Assembly (NCBI GenBank): GCA_964035545.1
Contig: OZ037773.1
Location: forward strand, 8,461,751-8,525,750
DNA length: 64,000 bases
Direction: 5' to 3'
DNA from: Bugula neritina
Taxonomy: Eukaryota; Animalia; Bryozoa
Part shown: positions 40,701 through 51,153 of the stretch, piece after piece
How positions within the stretch are numbered: position 1 is the first letter of the stretch
Layout of the letters: the number at the start of each line of letters is the position of its first letter
The notes under the pieces: model-generated
What the model was told of the DNA's origin: nothing
Database searches by the model: none
Seen by the model: the letters and a program-made list of their open reading frames with translations, nothing else
Translations under genes and position numbers: made by a program

Positions 40701-43700
40701 TGTTACCAATACAATGAAAACTTACAGATCCACACCAAAAGGTTCCAACACTGCCATTGACTCAGTGCCCCTCTGTTTCGAGCAACTGACAATGATGAAT
40801 GTATCAACACTGCAACAACTGTGTGTTTCCTACATCAACCTTCAGAGAAGTGCCTTGGTAGAGCGTCAAAAAGTAGCCTGTGAAACTGAAAATACACCTG
40901 GGACAACTGCGGGCTTGAAGACGAGTCCCTACAGGTGGTTTGACATTGGACTAATGGATGAGCTCAACCCGCTGTTTAAAAGTAACAAAGTTGTGCTATA
41001 TAAAGCCTATTGGAGAAACAACCCACAAGAAACATTTACTGTGATGGTGAGCTTGTATGAACAACTTTATTGTTGTTTCCTTTTCACTACTTGGTGTTAA
41101 CTTCAAGGCCAAACGTGAGAGCTAAGCACAACTAATAGTCTAGAGTAAGGACTGGTCTGTAGCTACACAATTTTCTGCAAAGGTGTTAGAAAAGGTTGTC
41201 GGGGCTAATGCCAGAATAGGTGACACTAGTGCCATGTACAAACTGAAATAAAGCCCAAGAAAGTCAGCATGTAGCTAAAAAGAGTTAAATGTTGAGATCT
41301 GCTTGCACTGAGGGATGGTATAAGATCCTATTCCTAGAGAATTGGTAAATTTTATCTCAGGCAGGAAGCATTGCATTTTGTTAAGAGAGTTGGTTATTTT
41401 ATGTTTCAGCTGTCTCTCAAAGAGCCCTCTGCTCTAAAAACTTTCAAGCCAAACCTTCTGGCTGCAACTACAACTTTTGAGGCCAATGTCGCTCCTCACC
41501 TCATACCCAACAGCCTATACGTGGGGCAGAAACTTTACAAACAGCAGCAATCTGCAGCAGGAAAAGAGCAGACTACTCCAAAATCAGATGTGGGTTCATC
41601 AATGACAGACAGCAGCAAAAGAGCTAAATCAGGTAAAAGTATGTGCCATCTGTGCCAAGTAACGTAATCCAAGTGCCAATAGACTTTACTTTTAGTGTTT
41701 TGAAATTGTTTATACTATTAAAAATTTTATATCTCAATTGTCTTGACTTCAGACAACACAGTTTTTAAATATATTTGTTTTAAATAGGAAGCATTTTATA
41801 TTTTTTTGTAGTTTTAATTACCAAGGCACAGACCAATGTAGCAAGTACCCACAGGGCGCTGTCGAGTCAACGGTCAGTTGATGACGCACTGCTGCACACA
41901 GAGCCAAAACCACACTTCAAGACTTTAGCCTCTGTCTCTAGTGCTGATGGAATGTCTAACAGAGACTCTGTCTTTACGAACCAAACCAGTTGCATGACTG
42001 AAGGTAGGATTTAGGGTTATAAAGATTTACAGAGAATTAAAATATTAATTAAATTATTGGAATATATTATTATATAGGATTTGTGTTAAATGCAACATTT
42101 ACACTCCTTTTGAAGCTTTTTATCCAAACAAACTACAGAAATATGCTCATTGCTATAGGCCTACCAAATGATGTTTAAACAAATTTTCATACTTTCAGAA
42201 ATTTGCTATTATATATAAATAACTCCCATTTATTTAGCAGTTTTAAGGTTGAAAGAGCAAACAAAAATGTGCAAATAAAAATTCTGAACTATATAGTAGA
42301 GAAATGATCAATGTGTAGAAACTAGCCTGAACAAATAAATTCCCATGATTCTAAATTTATTTACTGTCACTTTACTTTGTTTTGAAATGATATTTTACAA
42401 ATAAACAAATGAATTTTTTACGTCGAAAGTTGTATACTTTAAACAGTTTTAATTTTAATAACAAATCACTTGATATTTCAGCTTCTGCAGAGCAGATAGA
42501 GGCAGAGCAAGCAGCAGTTGACAGCATACTAATGGCTCTAGCCGATGAGCACCCACACTCCGGAGACACCAAGTTTCGGAAATCTTCGCCATCTAGTACT
42601 GGAAGCTCATCTCCAGCACTTTCAACAGATAAGAAGAAACAAAGGGACTCAAATCATGCTGAAAAGTCGTCAAAACCAAAGTCGGACACCCAAATAGGAA
42701 CCAAGAAAAGCTTTGTGAGTTCAGAAGTCCATCACCAGTCAGCATCGAGTAGCCCAGGCATTGGTAATGCAGCAAATAAATCGTCTAGTAAAATAACACC
42801 ATTTACTGATAACTCCAACCAAACAGCAGCCATAGTTTCACCAAGTAAAAATGTGTCTTCAAACAAATCACATAAAGGAAGGTCTGATGGCTGGCAAGCG
42901 ACATCTTCCCAAAATGGCATCCATGAGCCGGTCAACCTATCTTCTCGAATTGACAACTACTCTTCGTCTATTAAGAAGCCAGTAGCCGAACGATACAATC
43001 CTGGAAGGCTAACTGAGCTGAGTCCAAACAGTTACCGTAAACCTAGTCTAGATACCATCAGCATTAGCAGCGTCAGCAGCATTGGCAGCAGACAGCATGG
43101 TGGAATACACGGTTTAAAAACATCTGGCCTTGTTAAAAATAGAATAGCAAACTTGAACTCAAACAACAACAACAGTAACAAAGAAGAAGATGAAGACGAT
43201 TTAATGGCGTTGAATTCTAACAACAACAACAATATGGATGAAATGGCGGAAGGCGCCGCTGGTGGAGGGGAAGGAGAGTTTGTGTTTGCCAGCCATCTGA
43301 TGGAAATGGCCGGAGGTGAACGATATCTGGAAGTAGAAGAAGACGAGTTGGATCCGCCAGCTCACCTTTCTACCGTCACATCTGCGACAACCTCTTTAGC
43401 TCGGCTGTCTTGTGCGGACAAAGTCACGTCAGTTCAGAATGTCACATGCTTTGTCACGATACTTCCTACTCTCGACAAAGTAGAAAGTATCAAAACCTAT
43501 TTAGAAAGAATGATCAAAGAAGAGAGGGAGAAAAGTGAGTTAGAGCTGGACGTCATATTCATACTGCTGCAGACGTTGAACATTATATTCAGTCTACATG
43601 AGAGCCACCTGAGACTCGACTCAATAAGTACGTCAGACTTTCTCGTCATCACTGATACAGAGGGCGTCTCTACTCTACACTGTCACATGATCAACACTAC

Positions 43701-44100
43701 ACAGGCCTCTCAGCAGAAGATCGGGCTCACCTGTGAGAAGCTGAGAATGTTTCTGATGCAGCTTTCTCACTCCGTACAATCACTACAAAAGTCCATCATA
43801 TTCACTACTATTGATGACCTTGTTCAAAGCAGTGAAGATCTTGGTGACTTGAAGACAATATACGCTATACTGCAGTATCTGTTGTGGGGACCTAAAGACG
43901 ATGAGGTGAAGGTCATAACCCTAGCTGAGCATCGCAGACAAGCCTTTGAGTTATGGTTGCAGTTGGCCAGAGGAAAGCAACTGAGTAGTTTAGCCTTGAA
44001 GCCAATAGATAACCTTAAGGCGTTTATGGTCACCAGTTTCCTGGCCAATAGTAACGGAACTGAACTTTTCAAAATCACTAAACTGCTGAACACGTACTAA
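16775..44100 (+). CDS. PEAK1/Pragmin (SgK269/SgK223, NKF3)-like pseudokinase scaffold, about 1595 aa; exons 16775-16789, 17094-17204, 17454-18219, 18753-18899, 27330-27449, 29245-29420, 32301-32492, 37466-37537, 38128-38192, 38490-38686, 39002-39115, 39475-39625, 40243-40551, 40728-41046, 41410-41632, 41812-42003, 42482-44100
   Basis: All 17 exons join in phase (4788 nt). Long S/P/T-rich disordered N-terminal region. C-terminal segments resemble PEAK1: N-terminal SHED helix (FEQLTMMNVSTLQQL), W(F)D..P.....VLYKAYW.NNPQETFTVM, FEANVAPHLIP, ELDVIFILLQ, ILQYLLWGP, WLQLAR, FLA. Confidence 0.75.
21780..22162 (+). repeat. 30-bp minisatellite (tctgtaacttactctagtattttatacata), about 12.5 copies
   Basis: Directly visible in intron 4 of the PEAK-like gene. 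Confidence 0.95.
22790..22803. promoter_or_regulatory. RFX X-box GTTACCATGGAAAC
   Basis: Matches the GTYNCC-AT-RGNAAC consensus. GGGGCGG and forkhead-type GTAAACA at 22845-22857; candidate donor CAG|GTAAAC at 23134. Confidence 0.5.
24115..24300 (+). mobile_element. tRNA-derived SINE, copy 2 (5'-truncated)
   Basis: B-box gggttcgaacccc and shared body; 18-bp TSD aggttacatctaaaggaa at 24097-24114 and 24301-24318. Confidence 0.9.
26771..26990 (+). mobile_element. tRNA-derived SINE, copy 3 (near full length)
   Basis: A-box-like tggtctagggg, B-box gggtttgaacccc, shared body, T-run tail; 10-bp TSD taagctacat at 26761-26770 and 26991-27000. Confidence 0.9.
35973..36095 (+). repeat. Pyrimidine-rich degenerate repeat (ctaccctctccc..acacatct)
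   Basis: Several imperfect copies. Confidence 0.55.
36935..37116 (+). repeat. (AGCAT)n pentamer microsatellite
   Basis: Directly visible. Confidence 0.9.
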
Positions 44101-44514
44101 GCAAATTAAGAGGCTGTGGAAACTTTAGAAAACAAATTATTTTTACATATTTTACTTTCGAACTCAAATTGTTGAGAAAATATCATGTATTTCGAAAACA
44201 AACACCTTCAACTGATTGATGAATTGACATATATAAGCATAAAAACTAATAATAAGAGCATTTTCATCTAAATGATTTGGTTGGTCAAACTCTGTTAGAT
44301 TTTAAATCATTTATAAGCATTTTATCAGTTTTAGTATTTGTTACAAGATATTATGTTTTCTTATGTTACTGAGTGTTATCTGACATAGATTAAAAGTTTT
44401 TGTTAAATTTAGAAAAACTTTCCATCGGGACTAATTTTTTAGTCACTGTCATAATTGTTTATAGAATAGAATGCAAAGAGACATTACTTACTGTAGTGTT
44501 GAGTTTACCCAGTG

Positions 44515-44585
44515 GCCTCCGTGGTGTAATGGTAGCACACTTGCTTGCAAGCCAGAGGACTCGGGTTCGATTCCCAGTGGGGGCA
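44515..44585 (+). pseudogene. tRNA-like Pol III unit (degenerate; Ala/Cys anticodon ambiguous)
   Basis: Acceptor stem GCCTCCG/TGGGGGC, D-arm GTGT/GCAC, A-box TGGTGTAATGG, B-box GGTTCGATTCC, downstream TTTT. The anticodon loop is only 6 nt (TTGCAA) and there are mismatches in the anticodon and T stems. Confidence 0.7.
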
Positions 44586-44742
44586 ATTATTTTACAAGCT
44601 GTTTCGGCCTTTAGTGAAGTGTAGTAGTAGTAGTACTCCGAGGGAGTTGAGAGGCCAGGGGAGCCTGATGACTGAAGGAGTAGTAGAAAGGCCAGTGGAG
44701 TTCAGAGAACTGGGTGGGATGTAGTGTTGAGTTTACCCAGTG

Positions 44743-44813
44743 GCCTCCGTGGTGTAATGGTAGCACACTTGCTTGCAAGCCAGAGGACTCGGGTTCGATT
44801 CCCAGTGGGGGCA
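44743..44813 (+). pseudogene. Second identical tRNA-like Pol III unit
   Basis: Identical to 44515-44585; followed by a long T-run. Confidence 0.7.
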
Positions 44814-45930
44814 ATTATTTTACAAATTTTTTTTTTTATTTTGTCTAGATTCAACTATACTTACTCTTCATAATATTGTTTTATATGTTATGGTGTACTA
44901 TTAAACCCTCTTTCAAACTTGTTTTTAGACTAATAATTATTTTAACAAAATACTTTTTAGGTTTACAGCTTCAAATTGCAAGTAACACAAATTTGCATTA
45001 TCTGTATTATACTTTGTATTATACAATTTGCAATTCCAAATATGGCCGAATCTTTTTGCTCAGAAATTTCATATCAACTGTTTATAATAATATTGTAACT
45101 GCATGTCAGTGCACGATTTTAGCATTTATATGCAATATTTGTTGAGATAAAATTATTTTGTTTTTCATTTTTATTCTTAGCACTTAATACTGTTTTTATA
45201 TATATTTTGTATTTATTCAGGATTTGTACTCAAAGCTGTGACAGCAATAAATTATTGTTTCTTACTGAAACGATTCCAGAAATTTTTCTGTTGGTTGAAA
45301 ACTCCTTTCATGAAATGACTAATCGCAATATTCCTTTAGAGTTACAACCCTTGAGAGATCTTCTTATTCTTATTCTTAGTTTCTTACTTCTAGCGCAAAC
45401 TTAATTTCACGGTGGGCTATAGAATGTGCGTCTCCCCATGCTAAGTACGTATATGGTTTGAAGGTTAAATGTGGAACATGAGTAGTTATGACTTGATGTT
45501 CTGCTTGACCTCAACAATGGCCGCCTTGATAAAGTCCTAACCCAATCAATCCAATAAAACCCACTTTCAATTATTAGTAGCAATTACCTTGCAATTAATA
45601 ATAAAACAGAGTTCTCACTATATTCTAGTGAGTCAAACCCTACTGACAAAATACATAAAGCCCACAACTGCAACACTGTTATGCATTGTTTACATATTCA
45701 ATCATTAATGAAATTGAGAATGGAAGCTCCCTTATATGAATGGTATTCAAAATAATGCGAATGGTTTTGGTGAAATGAATAAATAGTATTGGACGGTGCA
45801 GCGCAAGCCACAATCGAACCAGCTAGAAATAACGTAGGCTTATCTTCAGACTTATCTTCTCTTGACAAGTTTGCAACTCGGACCATTTATGGACTGTCGT
45901 TTGGACCACAGAAATTGGAGCCGTATTTAC

Positions 45931-45944
45931 GTTACCATAACAAT
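45931..45944. promoter_or_regulatory. X-box-like motif GTTACCATAACAAT in the putative first non-coding exon/promoter of the death-domain gene
   Basis: Near match to the RFX consensus in a CpG-richer patch; donor G|GTGAGT at about 45984. Confidence 0.35.
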
Positions 45945-46961
45945 TGCAGCTTCCTTCAAGTGTGCTCAATCCCAGATTTTTTGGTGAGTTAATTAAGAAA
46001 TTGAAGCTATTTGCAAACAGCTGTTAACTTGATAAAAATAGTAATGCGCTAACATGAATACTCTGGGTTTTATAAAGTGAAATTTAAAGTAATAATTCAG
46101 CTATATTCTAACAGTTATTAAACGTGCCAAATGAAGATGCATTTTTATTTTAGGTCTCATATACTTATAGTGATATACAATCACTATCAGTATCACAATG
46201 AATATGATTGTTCAATGACAATGATCATAATCATAATGATCATGATTATCCTTATCATTATGATAATTATAATGTTAATTTGAATATCAAAATGAATACC
46301 AATTTAAGTATAACTACTACTAGTACTACTATAAGTATAACTATTAGAAAATAACTGATGACATTAGTACTACTACTACTACTAGTAATGCTAGTAATAC
46401 TAGCTAATAGTATAAGTAATACTAATAGTAATAGCTACTAATAGTAATACTAATAGTTTTTTTAATGATTTTCCTTTTTAATTTTATGATATGCTTTTTG
46501 AACTCTCTAATTCCTTTATTTTGGTTGATTACTTATTCGTAATAATAAATTGGGTGTGAAAGCATTATTAATATAAAATCAAAACAGAGATCACTGTAAC
46601 TGTAAGACTAAGTGTATTTGTTGCAGTATTTTAAGGTGACATGCTAGCAGTTGATATGATTATATGACTAAGATAGTATTTTTACATCAATAGTAATAGT
46701 ATATGTAATAACTTTTCTGTGCTTCCTTGCAACACTCACCAGTTGAGATTAAATCTGCCTTTACAGCAGAGAAAATTTGTTCATATGTAGCCTTCAGTCG
46801 AAATGAATACACATCACTTCACATATGCTGCATTGAATGTAAACATTCTACTATAGTATATTTGCAGTACCTGTAATCATATGTGCTTGTAAGACAAGTA
46901 TTTATTTAAAATGGCTTCATGTTATACTTTGCTGTATTTTTTATTTTAGAATAATTTAAAT

Positions 46962-49900
46962 ATGCCTGCACCTAAAGGCAGAAGTAAGTCAGCAAAGAAA
47001 CCAAGTCCTTTGGATCTGCTAAAAGAAGAAGTTAGCAAGAAGCAACAATGTATAGAGGAGTTGTCTCATCAAGTAAGTACTAGAAACTAAACAATATTCC
47101 CCTACCCTCTGAAAACTAATATATTTTGCTTTGAGCTAACTGATGCACTAGTTTTAGGTAGGGTAAAGTTGTTTGGTTAGTTTTAGAATAAGTCAGGTAC
47201 ATTTGGATAATTTTATCATAATTTGTTAAATATATGTTTACTAACAAGTAGTTCAAATATAATTTAAAAGTTTTCATTAAGTTTAGTTTAGTTTAGAGTG
47301 AGTGCTTAATGAAAGGGTGTATTTTACAGTTGCAGTCACTGAAAACTTCTCTGGAGTTCCAAACCTCTGAGGAAACTCGACTACGAGATAAATTACAAAT
47401 CATTGTTCCAGAAATACTTGCTCACCGAGATAGGAATCAGTTTCCTTTAGATTCAGTTGAAAGCGTCATAGGTATGATACGATATATGATATGATATCGT
47501 ATGACATGTTATAATACAATATAATATGTTAGGATACGATATGAGATGGTACGATGGTATAATAGAATATGATATGGTATAATATAATATGGTATAATAT
47601 AATATGACATTTTCCTAACTGTTCTACTTGAGAATTCTTTTGCCGCCAGCCATCAAAATTGAAAAAAGATTTAAGTTTTGCTTCATCTCTTCGCTTTACT
47701 GTTTAGTGTTTTTAAGTTACCGTTCACTTTTTCTTTCTTATGGTGATATGAAATATCTCATTAATCATGCAGACGTTGATGAGACATATCTCAGAGAAAT
47801 GATTCACTCCATGGTAGATGATTTGCGTTCCAGACAAAGTCAGAAGTCCTTGATTGAACAAAGAATTGAAGAGTTGGAGCAAAGAGTCACTGAGCAAAAT
47901 GATAACTATCAGGTATTTAGTTGATACGAGGTCGCAACCTCTTTGTTGTAGAATCAGATTTACCGACAAGATTCAAGATGTCAGTAAATACTTTCAACTA
48001 ATTTTTAGTTTTTTAAATTTACAGATGATTGTCAGAAAGAACTTAACTTGCATGAATGGCATTGCGGAAGCCTTGCAGTCGTCTTCTCCTCATGAAATTA
48101 AATTTCTGTTAAGAAGAATCAAACAGGACCTTCTTCTGGGTAAAGTAATAACTTGTTTAGGACACTTTTATATTACTTCTCTTAGCCTTTGGTCAATCGC
48201 TAATTAGAAATAACTTGTTAGAATTTATCTACCTTTTCAGCATAAATCTCTACAAACTAAATGAATTAGAGGCTAATTATAAAAGTCACAATTGCAAGTA
48301 TGCATAGTATTTTAAGTTGCATAACTGAGTGTGAATTAACCAGGACAGTAAGTAACCTTATTGGTTGTATGTGATTAGAAGAACCAATTAAAAGGCCTGT
48401 TACTGCACCAGCTGAGCGAAGTCAATTTTTCAGCATGACTCAGCTACCCCCAGCGCCACATGAGTCACCTTTGGGTGACCTTCAAAGAGAGTATCTCAAG
48501 GCCATGGAGACCGTCTCTTACCCACAATACCATGTGAGTGCACTTCTGTGGTAATTAGAATCTTGAACAGGAAGTAGCATTATTGGGGTTTGTCTCCTTT
48601 TAATGACAAAGCGTTTTAGATGCAACAAAGAATGTTGGAAATAGTGTATTTCATCAGTTTGAAATTTTGTTTTAGTGCTACTGTGTGTATATAAATTATG
48701 ATTATAAAATACAAAAAGCAAGAATAAATTGAAGTGAAATTGTAGTTAAAGATTATGCAAAGTCTTTCTAATTCAGTCACTTCAACAATCTTTTTTTTAG
48801 ATTTAGACACAACACTTTTGCTTTATTTATTTTGTGTTTGAATAATCAAAAGATGTTTCTCTTCATGCATTTTGTACTTGAAATAGTATTGAGGAACATT
48901 TATCTATGCTTTAATTAAGAAAATGCACAGATTTTCGCAATGGTTGAAAAATCACCAGCACAATTAACGAAAGCAGCATTGCTAGAATCAGGCTGTTGCT
49001 AGTAGTATTAGTAGAACTAAGATAGCAATGTATTCGCAGTGGTCATAATATTCCTAGAACCTCTCAAGTCATAATAACATCAGCTAGCTACTAGAAAGTA
49101 GAGTATGAATACTTCTACATTAACTAGTAGACTTACTAGTGCGAGTGAAATTGTAGCAATTATAATATTCATAGTATTTCTTATAGTATCACTTAGCTAC
49201 TAGTAAGAAAAATGTGCTGCACACTCTGCTCATGTTTAAAGCTGCTATTAGTTATATCTGAAAGAGTTGAGTAACTTAGAGCTAGCAGGTATAGGCAGTT
49301 ACATTATGATGGATACAGTCACTGCTGCCTAGCTATGACTCATCATGTTGCTGACTCTTTGTTTCAGCCGGTCAGGAAGTTACCGGGAGACACTCATGTC
49401 AAGCATCTACTTCCTGAAATCAAGCAAGTCGTGATTGATGAACTGAGTATTGAGAGGGCTCACAGTGAGTATAGTTAGTACTACTCACAGTGAGTGTAGT
49501 TAGTACTACTCACAGTGGGTATAGCTAGTACTACTCACAGTGGGTATAGCTAGTACTACTCACAGTGAGTATAGCTAGTACTACTCACAGTGATTAGTGC
49601 CAACTATACTCACTGTGAGTTTAGTTAATACTACTCACAGTGAATATAGGTAGTACTTTTCACAGTGAGTATAATTAGTAGCCTACTACTCAGTGAGTAT
49701 AGATAGTACTACTCACGGTGAGTAATTCTAATCAGTGAGTGGTTAAACTCAGTGAGTAGTTATACTCAGTAAGTGTCTAAACACATGGAGATACTATTCT
49801 TTTGAGGTTTAGAATTTTATTAAGGCAATGGCATAATTATTTCCAATTTTTAATAAAGACCGCTAACTGCAAATTCTTGAAATATATTCAGCGTGTTAAA

Positions 49901-50168
49901 CTCTGTATGATAGAATTTCCTTCAACAGGAAATGCATGATGTTGCAGGAGGTGATTGGAGGCAGTTTGCTCACTTGGTAGGAATTTCTACGGAGACTATA
50001 CAGTTCTGGAGGAGGTTGGAGTGTAAGCGTCCCATGCAGCAAGTGATGAGTTACTGGAAAGATTCTCAGGCTGCAGACGTCAGAGCACTTCACAGAATTC
50101 TTCTCTCTGAGCAGGTCAAAGCTGTTAATCTTGCAAAATTAGTTGCTGACTTTTACTACGTTGACTAA
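46962..50168 (+). CDS. Coiled-coil protein with C-terminal death domain, about 326 aa; exons 46962-47072, 47330-47471, 47773-47912, 48025-48139, 48379-48533, 49368-49464, 49948-50168
   Basis: Exons join in phase (981 nt). N-terminal heptads (LLKEEVSKKQQCIEELSHQLQSLK; LIEQRIEELEQRV). C-terminal GDWRQFAHLVGISTETI..PMQQVMSYW..DVRALHRIL shows a death-domain pattern. Confidence 0.8.
47473..47608 (+). repeat. Degenerate (ATATG/ATATA)n pentamer repeat
   Basis: Starts at the splice donor. Confidence 0.75.
49459..49725 (+). repeat. 25-bp minisatellite (ctcacagtgagtatagctagtacta) built from the exon/intron junction
   Basis: About 10 copies; most contain CA|GTGAGT or GTGGGT. Confidence 0.9.
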
Positions 50169-51153
50169 CAGCCCAACACTTGTCATGGCATCACCTTAGT
50201 TCTCAGTCTAACACTTGTCATGGCATCACGTTAGTTCTCAGTCTAACAATTGTCACAGCGATATGAATAGTACTGCCTAAATGATGTGGCAAGGTTTCGC
50301 ATGATCGGTTCATATTGACTGTAATTGCAGACTCTAGTCTTAAGCTAGATCGATGATGGACTGTTTTAGAGACATTAACTTCCTATGCTGTAAATTTCAA
50401 ATAATATTTGCTCAAAATTTAATTTCCCTGAAATGTGCGTCACTCAATCTTAATAATGTAACAAGTTTTTTCTACATTTTGCCACCTCTTTCCTGTGCAG
50501 GTGGCGGAATACTATAACAAATGCAGTACAAAAATACACAAGCGTTTTGGTCATAGTGGATATTGTGTGTACTAAGTCATTCACCTTGTTTCTATTATGC
50601 CGCAACGATTCAGTTTTTTAGGAGACTAGTTTTCAAATTCTACTTCTGTTTTTGTGATTCTCTGAATACTGCCAACGTCTGACAACAACGTCTGACAACA
50701 TCTCCACTTTTTACACTTTTATTTTTATACTTCAGGTTACCACAGCTTGAGGTTATTTTATATAAAGTTTATATTTTGCGTACAAAAGTTAGCATTTATA
50801 TTTTGTTGTTTATTTTTATAAAAAGTATTTTTTTGTTTCAGCACACAACCATTTGAAAAAAAAAATATTGTAGAAAAATTAAGCTGAAAATATTCTGAAG
50901 GTCGTAACAGTGTTACTCTCCAACTGTATAATAGTTAGAAATCTAATAATTAGATGTTATATAAACGATATATTATATATTTATTGACAATAACAATTAT
51001 ATAACTATCATATTACATTATTAAATTACTATATAATATAATTAGTTCTACAAAGTAACTCAGTGTATGCACAGTGCCTAGTGTCAGAGGTGGGCGTAAC
51101 CGGGTCTGATGACTTCCTGTCATATAGTAACAGCCAATCATGCTTCTCTTGAA

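Larger units (their letters stand above)
44492..44824 (+). mobile_element. Miniature element: two identical 105-bp direct repeats (44492-44596, 44720-44824; TGTA...TACA), each containing a tRNA-like unit, around a 123-bp core
   Basis: The repeats are identical base for base with TG..CA ends; purine-rich gggtggga precedes the second repeat; no TSD or canonical PBS was seen. Confidence 0.7.

Noticed and set aside
42372-44093. Several minus-strand ORFs over the last PEAK-like exon
   Set aside because: Antisense shadows of a long coding exon; no splice or motif support.
44515-44813. Two functional tRNA-Ala/Cys genes
   Set aside because: 6-nt anticodon loop and stem mismatches; embedded in identical repeats, so treated as tRNA-derived.
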